This document shows, one piece after another, positions 26,806 through 38,419 of a DNA stretch of 64,000 bases. A model generated the notes under the pieces. It searched no databases. It saw nothing but the letters and a program-made list of their open reading frames with translations, and was not told the origin of the DNA. Both the position numbers and the translations under genes were made by a program. The DNA comes from Stegostoma tigrinum (taxonomy: Eukaryota), in contig NC_081373.1 in assembly GCF_030684315.1 (NCBI RefSeq), positions 39,781,989-39,845,988 of the forward strand, written 5' to 3'. Every line of letters starts with the position of its first letter. The stretch's first letter is position 1.

Positions 26806-27822
26806 TCATCAGTGAGCCTCCGACAAAGCGCTGGTGTTATGTCCCACTTTCTATTTATCTGGTTAGGTTTCGTTGGGTTGGTGATGTCATTTCCTGCATT
26901 GGTGATGTCATTTTCTGTTCTTTTTCTCAGGGGATGGTAGATTGGCTCCAAATCAATGTGTTTGTTGATGGAATTCCGGTTGGAATGCCATGCTTCTAGG
27001 AATTCTCGTGCATGTCTCTGTTTGGCTTGTCCTAGGATGGATGTGTTGTCCCAATCAAAGTGGTGTCCTTCCTTATCTGTATGTAAGGATACGAGTGATA
27101 GTGGGTCATGTCGTTTTGTGACTAGTTGATGTTCATGTATCCTGGTGGCTAGCTTTCTGCCAGTTTGTCCAATGTAGTGTTTGTCACAGTTCTTGCAAGG
27201 TATTTTGTAGATGACGTTCGTTTTATTTTTTGTCTGTATAGGGTCTTTTAAATTCATCAGCTGATGAATTTAAAAGACCCTATACAGACAACAAATAAAA
27301 CAAACGTCATCTACAAAATACCGTGCAAGAACTGTGACAAACACTACATTGGACAAACTGGCAGAAAGCTAGCCACCAGGATACATGAACATCAACTAGT
27401 CACAAAACGACATGACCCACTATCACTCGTATTCTTACATACAGATGAGGAAGGACACCACTTTGATTGGGACAACACATCCATCCTAGGACAAGCCAAA
27501 CAGAGACATGCACGAGAATTCCTAGAAGCATGGCATTCCAACCGGAACTCCATCAACAAACACATTGATTTGGAGCCAATCTACCATCCCCTGAGAAAAA
27601 GAACAGGAAATGACATCACCAACACAGAAAATGACATCACCAACCCAAGGAAACCTAACCAGATAAATAGAAAGCGGGACATAACACCAGCGCATCGTCA
27701 GAGGCTTACTGATGATGTTACCTAGAATGTTGATGAAATGTCTGAAAACTAACCTTCCAGCTCAGCGAGCAAACTCACATCCAGAACCTCAACCTGAGCT
27801 ACAAATCTTCTCAAAACTCGCT
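26806..27822. mobile_element. Poseidon/Penelope-clade PLE 3' fragment as a spacer-less head-to-head palindrome (GIY-YIG endonuclease region)
   Basis: Mirror ORFs 26769-27257(-) and 27264-27725(+) with NVIYKIPCKNCDKHYIGQTGR; 455-bp arms meet at ..catcag|ctgatg.. (27260/27261); 12-bp TSD ATGATAACTTCA at 26794-26805 and 27823-27834. Confidence 0.93.
27709..27742 (+). ncRNA. Degenerate minimal type I hammerhead ribozyme motif (Poseidon-like PLE)
   Basis: CTGATGA-t-GTTACC-tagaat-GTTGAT-GAAA-TGTC; paralogues at 36825-36858(+) and 35023-35056(-) restore GGTGAC-GAAA-CGTC. Confidence 0.6.
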
Positions 27823-29763
27823 ATGATAACTTCAGTTTATCTCGCACTGATTTTCATTTTAAATTGTCACAATGGGTTTTGTAAGCCTTGAATTTTGAAT
27901 TAGTGTCACTTTGGACTCCTGGTCCATGGATCCAAACAGGTCAATTGACAGAATCTACAATATCTAAAAGATGATAATCTAACAGTTTGGGTCTTCCTGA
28001 GTGCAGGGTGCCTAGTTAAAGTTTCAGCTGAGATTTAATGTAACTCTAAAGTATCGCTTTCAAGAAAAATAGTAGGATGATTGAATTTTCTTGCTGGCTC
28101 TCATTCCTTATTGGAACTTATTGTTTCTATATTTGATAAGAGTAGATACAGAATTAATGAAACTAATGGTTGCATTTACTTGCATGGAAAACTATGAAAA
28201 AGTAAATGTGATAGAGAGCTTAATAAAAGTTATTAAAATTTCCCGCCCATGTAATCGGTCGGAGAATATGAAAAGACTCAGGAATCTAATTTCAGGCACA
28301 GCAGATAAGGGGACATCTATGAGAAGGGGTAAATCAATGCAGAACTGAGGATGTTGTACTTAAATGCACGCAGTATGTGATAAAAGGTGTGGTTGATATT
28401 AGCAGGTACGGCGTTGTGGTATCACAGAAAAGTGGCTGCAAGGGGATCGGATGCACATCCTTTGGAAAGGATAGGCAGAGGGGGCGGTGTTGCCTTGTTC
28501 CTAAGAAATGAATTTAAGTTCATAGGAAGAATCATACGGTATCTGAAGGCATAGAATCTGTGTGGGTAGAGTTGAGCAATGACAAAGGAATGCATGACTC
28601 TGATGGGAGCTGTGTGTAGGCCTCCTTGCAGTAGTCAGGATGTAGGGCAGAAAATAAATCTGGCGATAGAAAAGGTATGTAAGAAAGGCACTATTACATT
28701 AATCATGGAGTACTTCAGTAGGCAGGTGAGCTGGGAAAATCAGGTTAGTAGTAGATCCCAAGAAAAGGACTTCATGGAATGTCTACAAGATGGCTTTTGG
28801 AGCAGCTTGTGGGAGAGCCAACAAGGGAACAGGCAATACTGGATTTGGTGATGTGTAATAAGGCAGATGTATTAGGGAGCTTAAGGGGGCATTGTCTGTC
28901 TGATAGAATTCACCCTGCAGTTCGACTGGGAGAAACTGGAATCAGAGGTAACAGTATTACAATTGAATAAAGGTTAACTACAAAAATATGTGGATGGAAT
29001 TGATTGAAGGGGAGCTTAGCAGAGAAAATAGTGAAGCAGCAATGGCAGGTGTTTCTGGGGGTAATTTTGGAGGCTGAGCAGAAATTCATCTCAAGGAAGA
29101 AGATATATACAAAGAAGAACACAACCATGGCTGACAAGGAAGTCAGGGACAGTTTAAAAGCAAAAAAGAAAACACACAAAGTTGTGTAAGTTAGTGGGAA
29201 GTTAGAGAATTGGAAGTCTTTAAAAACTAGCAGAGGACGACTGAAAAAGAAATAAGGGGAGAAGATGAAATATAAGAAATGAAGAACAAAGGAATGGGAG
29301 GAACTGAACAGTCTTCACAGTGGAAGACACCGGTAGTATAGCAAAATGTCAAGAGAGTCCGGGGACGGAGATAGGTGTAAATGGCATTATGAAGGAGAAG
29401 GTGTAGTGAAACTGGAAAGGTCTGAAGGTGGATAAATCACCAGGATTGAATGGACTACACCCCAAAGTTCGGAACAAAACAGCTGAGGAGATTGTGGAGG
29501 CATAGGTAATGATCTTTCAGGAGTGGCTAGAGTCAGAGAGGATCCCAGATGACTGTAAAATAGCTGATGTAGCACCCTTTTTTAAAGGGGATGGAGGTAG
29601 AAGACAAGAAATTACAGACCAGTTAGCCCAACCTCAGTCTTTGGAATTAAATATTAAGGGTGAGATTGTAGAGTACATGGAAGTGCATGGTAAAATGGGG
29701 CTGAGCCAGCATCACTTTGTCAACGGGAGGTCGTGCCTGATAATCTGTTAGCATTATTTGAGG

Positions 29764-30909
29764 TATTGACTGTCGCTGTCCGAGTCAACAGTCAACCCCA
29801 TGAATGTGAATTTAGAAGGTACAGAGTACTCCTTCACAATTCACTCTTATTCTCAAAGGTATCAAGTATATAAATATCAAATATGAAAAGTATCCAAATA
29901 TCAAAATATTCCCAAATACAAATTGTAAACAGTTAAGAGAAACTACGCTAGTCATCCTTCAGCTAACTTATTACCGCACTTGAATCAAAACACATTTACC
30001 CAGAAATGCTCAGCTAGCCAGGTTGCACAATTCTTCACCTCCACCTCCACTTTCACCTGCACCTCCACCTCCACCTGCACATTCACCTGCTCCTCTACCT
30101 CCACCTGCTCCTCCAAATCCGCCTGCACCTGCACCTCTACCTGCTCCTCCACCTCCACCTGCACCTGCACCTCCGCCTCCACCTGCTCCTCCGCCTGCAC
30201 CTCCACCTCAGCCTGCACCTGCAGCTCCACCTGCACCTCCACCTCCACCTCCACCTGCACCTCCACCTGCACCTGCATCTCCACTTCCACCTGCACCTCC
30301 ACCTGCACCTCCACCTGCTCCTGCACCTCCACCTGCTCCTGCACCTCCACTTCCACCTGCACCTCCACCTGCTCATGCACCTCCACTTCCACCTGCACCT
30401 CCACCTGCACCTGCACCTCCACATCCACCTCCATCTGCACCTTGACCTGCACCTCCACCTCCACCTGCACCTCCACTTCACCTGCACCTCCACTTCCGTC
30501 TGCACCTGCACCTCCACCTGCACCTCCACATCCATCTGCACCTGCACCTCCACTTCCACCTGCGCCTCCACCTTCACCTCCACTTCCACCTCCACATCCA
30601 CATCCACCTCCACCTCCACCTCCACTTCCACCTGCACCTAAGGGGTTGCTTATGTGTTGTTATACTAAAGAGTTTAGATGAAACTGGTCTTTATCCCTGA
30701 TCCCTGTTTGATTTCATCCAACCAGAAATCTCCACATTGTGTTGCAAAGTGCTCACCCTCCAAACAGGTACCAGAACTGCTTCCTTTTTTCCTAGATTGG
30801 TCCAGGTAACAGCTATTATGTACATGACTGTTAACTTGTTCACTCATTCAGCTTGAGCAACTCACAGTCTCTCCATTTGAGCCTCAACCCTGGTCACGCC
30901 TGGCCAACA
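29764..30909. mobile_element. Unclassified insertion, possibly a solo LTR, containing a hexamer array
   Basis: Interrupts the CR1 ORF; ends t(a)ttgac.. / ..ccaaca resemble TGTTG..CAACA termini; TSD ambiguous. Confidence 0.4.
30036..30638. repeat. Compound hexamer tandem array (CCACCT/GCACCT variants), ~100 units
   Basis: Direct reading; produces the spurious poly-Pro, Cys/Thr/Ser and Val/Glu/Gln ORFs. Confidence 0.95.
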
Positions 30910-31501
30910 GGTGGTAACAAACAAGTTAAATAAAGGAGACCAATAGATATGATCTATTTAGATTCCCAAAAGGCCTTTGACAAGGTTCCACACGGGAGGC
31001 TGCTAAATAACATAAGAGTGCATTGTGTGAGGGGCAAGGTACTGTCATGAATAGAGGATTGGCTGGCTGGCAGAAGGCAGAGAGTAAGGATAAAGGGGTC
31101 TTTATTTTGGAATGGCAGCTGGTGACTAGTGGAGCTCTGTAGAGACTATATTGGGACCACAATTATTCATGTTATACTTAAACATTCAGGACAAAGAACT
31201 GACGGCATTGTTGCGAAATTTTGCAGATGACACAAAGATAGGAGGAGAGACAGGTAATGTTGAGGAAGCATGGAAGCTACAAAAGGACTTGGACAGTCTA
31301 GTATAGTGGGCAAAGAAGTGGCAGATGGAATAGAATTTGGGGAAGTGTGAGGGTATGCACTTTGGTGGGAAGAATTGAGGCATAGACTATTTTCTAAATG
31401 GGGAAATAATTTGGAAATCTGAAGCAAGTATGTAGGAATCTTAAAGTTGACATGCAGGCTGAGTTGGCAGTTAGAAAGGCACATGGAATGCCAGCATTTA
31501 T

Positions 31502-34500
31502 AGAGTCATGGAGTCATACAGCATGGGAACAACCAGTTGATCCAACAACCCATGCCAACCATAATCTCTAACTACGCTAGTCCCACCTGTCTGCGTTTGA
31601 CCCACATCCCTCCAATCCCTTCCTATTCGTGTACTTATCCAAATGTCTTTTAGACATTGTAACTGTACCTGCATTTATCATTTCCTTAGGAAGTTCATTC
31701 CACACGTCAACCACTCTGTGTTAAAAAAAAAGCCTCTCATGTGAGCCTAAACATCAACTTTCTGCTCCTCTGATGCTGCCTTGCCTGCTGTGATCCTCCA
31801 GCTCCACGCTGTGTTGCCTCTCATGTCTTTTTAAAATCCTTCTCCTCTCAACTTAAATATATGCCCCTTCATCCTGAATTCCCCCAACGTATGCGTTTAT
31901 GCATGATCATCTGTGTGTGATTTAAATGGCAGAAAATAAAAGTATAAAAGGGAAAAGACGCCTGCCATTCAGCTCATCTATACCCTTCATTATTCTATAA
32001 ACCTCTATAAGATCACTTCTCAATGTCTTACACTCCAGTGAAAAACGTCCCAACTTGTCCAGCCTCTCCTTATAACTGAACCTTTCCATTCCCAGCAACA
32101 TCCTGGTAAGTCTGTTCTGAACCCTCTTCAACTTCATAATATCCATTCTATAACAGATGGCCCAAAAGTGGACATGGCACTCCAGAATATGCCTCACCAG
32201 CATCCTGTACGACTTCAACATAGCGTTCCAACTTCTCCATTCAAAGATCTGAGTAATGAAAGCAAGCATGCTAAATGCCTTCTTAACCACCTAATCTATT
32301 TGTGATGCAAGCTCCAAAGAGTTGTGTACCTGAACCTCTAGGTCTCTCTGTTCTGCAATGCTGCCCAAGGCCCTACTTTTAACTGTATAAGCCTTATCTT
32401 TGTTTTACCAAAATGTAATACCTTGCATTTATCCAACTTAAATTCCATGTGCTACTTTTTAGCCCATTGGCCCAATTGATCAAGATGTCTTTGTGATCTT
32501 AGATAACCTCCTCCACCACTATACCACCAATCTTGGTGTTATCTGCAAACTTAATAACAATACTTTCTGTATTGTCATCTAAATCATTTATATAAATTAC
32601 CAGCAAAAGTAAACCCAGTACAGAAACCTGTGGAACACTGCTGGTCACAGGTCTCCAGTCTGAAAACCAGCCCTCCACCATCATTTCTCAGTTTCCTGTC
32701 ATTAAGCCAATTTTGTATCCAATTGGCAAGGTCACCCTGAATCCCATTTTATCTAAGTTTACTAATTAGTCTACCATGTGAAACCTTGTCAAAGGCTTTA
32801 CCAAAGTCCCAAGTAAACAATGTTTATCACTCTGCCCTCATCAATCTTCTTGGTAACTTCCTCAAAAAAACTCAATCAAGTTTGTGAGACACAATTGCCC
32901 TTGCACAAAACCATGCTGACTATCCCTTATTGTTCCTTGCCTGTCCAAATGCATAAAACTCCTATCTTTCAGAATCATTTCCAACAACTTACCTACCACT
33001 GAGGTCAGACTTCTAGGTCTGTAGTTCCTAGGCTTCTCCTTACATCCCTTCTTAAACAAAGGAACAGCATTAGCCACTCTCCAGTCATCCAGCACCTTAC
33101 CCGTAGTAATAGATGATACAAATATTTCCACAAGAGGCCCCACAATTTCCTTCCTAACCTCCCACAAGGTTCTGGGATACACTAGATAAGGTCCTGGCAG
33201 TTGATCCATCTTCATGTATTTTAAGACCTCAACATTTCCTCTTCTTCAATGTAAACTATTTTTGAAATGTCAATGTTTATTTCCCTGAGTTCGCTAGCCC
33301 TTATTTCTTCCTCCACAGTAAAAACTGTTGCAACATATTAAGTTAATATCTCTCCCATCTCCTGAGTTTCAACACAAAAATGACCTTTTTGTCTTTTAAG
33401 AGGCCCTACTCTCTTTCTAGTTGCTCTCTTGTTTTAAAAGTACTTGTAGAATCTCTTTGGATTACCCTTGACCTACCAACCTTACCTTTTACTGTAACAG
33501 GAACATGATAACTCTCATTATTGCTCTTCTGAAACCTTCTCACTTACCTGACGTCATTTTACCTGTCAACAGTCCACTTCAATCAATTTTTGAAAGTTCT
33601 TGTCACATACTATTAAAATTGGCCTTGCTATAATTAAAAACTTTAACTTTTATGTATGGCTTATCCATTTCCATAACTACTTTAAAACCAATAGAATTAG
33701 GATCACCGGTCCCAAAGTGTTCCTGACAATCACTTCAGTCACGCTTCCTGTCTTATTACTGGAGAGAAGGTCAAGTTTTGCCCCTTCTCTAGTAGGAACA
33801 TTTACATATTGATAAAGAAATTTTCTTGAACACAGTTTGCAAATTCTTCACCATCCAAGCCTTTAACACAATGGTACTCCCAACCTTATTATGTTTACAT
33901 ATATCTCAGATGTCCAGACATATTTGCTTCTCAATTTCCCTCTGACTGTTGAGGGGCCTTTAGTACAGTCCCATTAAGGTGCTTATTCCCTTTTTATATC
34001 TAATTTCAACCCATATATTTTCACTGGATGAGTTTTCAGAAGTATCTTCTGTAATCTTTTGCTTCTTTTTCTATCTTTCCTATAGCATCAGAAACCTGGC
34101 ACATTGAGCTACCAGTCCTGTTCATCTCTCAGCCAAATTTCTGTAATAACTAGAATGTCTCAATCCCATTTTCCCAGACATGGTCTGAGTTCATCAACCT
34201 CACCTGTGAGACCCCTTACACTGAAATAGATGCAGTTTCATTCTTCAGAGTTACTTCGCTCTCTGACATACCTGAGTCCGTCTTTTCTAATTAACTTGTT
34301 CTTTTCAGATTCAAAACCATTCTTATCAATCTTTCTGTTTACTCTCCCATTTAAGATCTCTTCACCCCTACTCTCTAAAAGTTTACAGTCTGTCTTCATA
34401 GAATTAGCAAATTTTCTTGCAAGGATATCAGTCCCTTTCCAATACAGATGAAACTCATCCCTTTTGAACAGGTCTTTACTGCCCCAGAAGAGATCCCAGT

Positions 34501-34700
34501 GATCCAAGAACCTCAAACCTTGAATGTTACACCCTCTCTTCAGCCATTGACTTATCTCTTTTATTCTTTCATTCTCTCCCACATTTGAGCGTGGCACCGG
34601 GAGTAAACTACTTTTGAAGTTCTGTTTGTTTAGTCTTCTACCTAGCCCCTTGTGTTTGTTCTGTAGAACTTTAATCTTTACTCTAACTATGTCACTTAGT
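31502..34700 (-). mobile_element. Antisense CR1 LINE, near full length but decayed (ORF1 SGNH esterase remnant plus ORF2)
   Basis: 34238-34747 has LLPVPR..WLKRGC..LRFLDHWDLFWG..DLFKRD.FHL..KG (CR1 ORF1 esterase); 32862-33215 has NYRPRSLTSVVGKLLE..QHGFVQG..CLTNLIEFF; FADN; (GACTC)-type tail at 31502. Confidence 0.88.
31743..31815 (+). mobile_element. Single-arm PLE-end mini-insertion inside CR1
   Basis: Homologous to 62641-62715; exact 11-bp TSD GCCTCTCATGT at 31732-31742 and 31816-31826. Confidence 0.8.
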
Positions 34701-34982
34701 TCAAGACAGCTAGATATGCAAGAGCAGAGATGTACTGCTGAGGCCATATAAGGCTCGAGTCAGACCATGTTTGGAATATTGTGAATAGCTTTGGGCCTTG
34801 TATCTAAGGAAGGATGAGCTGGCATTGTTGGGTTCCAGAGGAAGCTTGGAGGAATGATCCCATGAATGAAGGGCTTGTCATATGAGAAGCGAATGAGAAC
34901 TTTGAGGCTTTACTTGATGGAGTTCAGCATAACGGGGGGGAATGTCACTGAAACTTACAGAATACTCAGAGGCCTGGATAGA

Positions 34983-36935
34983 GATTCTTGACATGCTCGT
35001 CAAGCTGGCTTGTTTTCATTCGGACGTTTCGTCACCATGCTAGTTAACGTCGTCGCTGTGGCCTCTGATGAAGCAATGTTGTTCTACTGCACTTCATATT
35101 TATATGATCAGGCCTGTTAAGTGAGCTTGTGTCATTTCTGGTGTTTTTTGCAAGTGTTTGTATATGGGGTCTAATTCCACATGTGCATTGATTGCATGAT
35201 GGATGGAGTACCAGGCCCTTAGGAATTCCCATGTGTTGGTCACGTCGTCCCAGTTAAATTGATCACCTTCATTGTCCAAGTGCATGAAATGAGGGAAAGT
35301 TTGTTGTGTCGCTTTGCTGCTAGCTAGTGTTTGTGTACCCTGATGGCAAGTTTCCTTTCTGTCTGACCGATGTAATGTTTTTGGCAGACCTTGCACAGTA
35401 TTCTGTACACTCTGTTGGTCCTGCATGGCATGGGTATGAGTCTTTGGTCCTTGTGAGTGTTTGTCATAGAGTGGCTGTGGGCTTGTGTGCTACAGTCATT
35501 CCTCATGGTTATAGGAGTCTTATTGTCAGTTCCGATACGTTCTTGACTTTCGGTATTGTGTCCTGTTGGTGTTGTCTATCTGGTAGGCACGTGTGGATGA
35601 AGTTGGTGGGGTATCTGTTGATAGTCAAGACCTTGTAAAAGTGTTCTTTCTCCTTCTTGAGAAGTTTGGGTTTCTGACAGTGGATGTGGCCAGTTTGAAT
35701 GGTGTCTTTACACCGCTTTGCTATGGAAATTGAGGATTTGGTCAGTGTGGGTTGTCTTCCTGTATGCTGTGGTTTGGAGTTCCCTGTTCACCATTCGTTC
35801 TGACCTGAGATCAAGGAATGGAAGTTGATTGTTGTTTTCCTCTTCTGTTGTAAGTTTCATCCGGGTGAAGGCGTTGTTGATGAGGTGTTGTGTCTCTTCT
35901 AACTTAGTGCACTTAATGATGATAGATGTGTCGTCCTCGTATTGGATCTACCGTTTGACTGTATGTGGGGGAGGGTCATGCGCTCCAATCTCTGTATGAC
36001 TGCCTCTGTAATATGTACTGGGATGGGTGACCCCGTTGGTGTGCTATTGATTTGTTTGTATGCTTGACTGTTAAAGGTGAAGTGTGTGGTGAAGGACAGG
36101 CCCAGTAGTCTGAGTATGTTGTTCTTGCTGATAGAGCCATCATTCCTGTTTCCTCTAGTCAGTGTTTCTATGGCTAGTGGGATGTCAACAGATGTGAATA
36201 GTACTGTGGATTGAAAGGATACCATAATCTCATCGTTGTTGATTTTGATGTTCTGAGGTTATTAAGAACTCCTGGGTTGAGTGGATGGATCGGCTGATCC
36301 GTTGACCGTGTGTTTCAGTCTTTATTGTAGGTCCTTGGCCAGTTTGTGTGAAGATGTGCCCAGTAAGGAGACAGTGGGTCTGAAGAGTTGTCTGGTTTGT
36401 GTACTTTGGGAAGCCCAGAGAAGCAGGGTGGGGGCGTGGGGTGGGGTGGGGTGTGGTGTTTGAGCCTTCTGATTCCATTTTCATGTCGTTTATCTTGGTT
36501 ATTTGTCATGCAGCTTTTTTAGTCTCTTCAGTGTTTGGGTGATTCTATGTTGGTAAGTGTTTGTATATGCAAGCAGTGCCTGCGATTTTTCAATGAAGGC
36601 CATCAATTTAACTGGGACAACATGACCATCCTAGCTCAAGCCAACCATAGACATGCACAGGAATTCCTGGAGGCCTGGTTCTCCACCCATAATAAACATG
36701 TGGAATTAGACCACATATCCAAATCCTTGCAAAAAAGAACTGGAAATGACAGAAAACACCTCAACAGACCGGATCATATAAATACTAAGAGGAGTAGAAC
36801 AACATCGCTTCATTGGAAGCCCCACTGATGATGTTATCTAGCATGGTGACAAAATGTCTGAACTCTAATCAGCCATCTCAGCGAGCAAGTTAACAACCTC
36901 ATCCATAATCCGAGTGAAAATCTTCACGAGAAATT
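34983..36935 (-). mobile_element. Old Poseidon-like PLE (RT plus GIY-YIG, minus strand) with inverted 3' copy at ~36591-36935
   Basis: Frameshifted motifs FSGLPKVHKP, MVSF..LFTS..TTHFTFN..YKQIN.TP.GSPI, VYRILCKVCQKHYIGQT; + arm HQFNWDNMTILAQANHRHAQEFLEAW; probable TSD 34970-34980 / 36940-36950. Confidence 0.85.
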
Positions 36936-38419
36936 TAGAAGGCCTGCATACTGTTGACATGGAGAAGATATCCCTACTAGTAGAAGAAACTAGAACCTGA
37001 ATGCACAGTATCCGAGTGAAGGAATGACCCTTTAGAACTGAGTTGAGGAATTTCTTGAGCCAGAGGGTGGTGAACATGTGGAACTCATTGTCACGGAAGG
37101 CTGTGGAGGCCAAGTCATTGAGTGTATTTAAGAAAAAGATAGATCAGTTCATGGTTAGTAAGGGGATCTGGGGTTACAGGATGAGGGTAGGAGAATGGGG
37201 CTGAGAAGCATATCAGCCACGATCGAATGGTGGAGCAAACTTGATGGGCCGAATGATCTAATTCTGCTCCTATATCTTATGGTCTTATGGTTTTAAGTCA
37301 ATCGCAAAGTTTTCCTCATAACATTTGTGATGATTTTGGGTAGGGTTGAGAGACCAGGATCATATGAGACACACTGTAGGTGTACCATTTTTTTAAAATG
37401 TCATAGACTGAAACTAGGTGTGAAGGTTTTAGCAACATGGCTTACACCGAAGTCTATTTGAAATTGTATACTTCACCACGAGTGAAGCTGCAGAAATCGA
37501 CAGAATTAGGTGACATATTATTTCCATTTCTTCTTTTGACCTAAAAACACAACATCCTAGTTTTTTTCTGTCAGTCTCTTAGGAATGCATGCACAGTTGT
37601 TTCATCTGTGATAAATGATCTTGCAAAAGACCAGGAGCACACTTGGGATTGGAAAAATAAACATTGCATGCAAGACTACTATGCTGAAATCTTCATCTTA
37701 CTTCGAGGTAGATGAGCAACATTAAACGTACCAATTTGTAGCAACATTAAATGAAAATCAGTCCAAGACTGCTTCAGATTATGCTTGTCTTCTCAGCCAT
37801 TCAAGTCTGTGGGCCTGCATCAAGGTTCTTTCTCGGGTCAAAATTTGTAATGAAAATTAAAGCACTATTGTTCATGACAACTGAAGTGTAATGATGTTGC
37901 TACCAACTCCTTAGAAAGAAATGGCCTTAAACTGTCTACTTTGCACACTTCTTAGGCATGCTGTTGGAACATAACATCAAATATTGATTAATTTGTCCTG
38001 TGAATGTGGTGTAATTTTCCTGCAATTAATTCCATCAGAGGCAAGTACTATATTGGCATTCCTTTCCCTGATTTAGTTTTGAACAAAACTAGCCTGATTT
38101 CCACACAAACCTGAAGTTATTGTCTGCAGGCTAGTAGTTAGGTGTGGCAGGAGACTACAAACACAGACAAACAGAATAATTCTTTGAAGAGCGACTAAAG
38201 GGAAGGGTCCAATGCAGTTTTAGGATGCCTGAGGCAGGGGAGGTGTAATAGATTGTGGACTACCTTGGAGACATCTGTACCAGGCCCTGTCCTCACTGGT
38301 GTTGTTAAAATTTGGTTGAGTCTGGAAAGACATCATCAGACTTTTGACTTCTGGGTGAAGGCCTCATCCACCTCCCAAAACACATTTGTTAAATTGCCAG
38401 ACTGCTTGTGGCTCTGGTG

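Larger units (their letters stand above)
28330..37290 (+). mobile_element. Old CR1 LINE split into four pieces (28330-29763, 30910-31500, ~34700-34980, ~36940-37290) by nested insertions
   Basis: ORF2 sequence reads continuously across the gaps (e.g. GRSCL..FE|EVT at 29763/30910; aggcctg(g/c)ata repeated at 34970-34980 and 36940-36950); endonuclease-like start, FADD-like region at ~31220, 3' tail at 37260-37290. Confidence 0.75.

Noticed and set aside
29980-30681. Long Cys/Thr/Ser-rich, poly-Pro, Val/Glu/Gln and His/Leu ORFs
   Set aside because: All are translations of the stop-free hexamer array, with no splice or start context.
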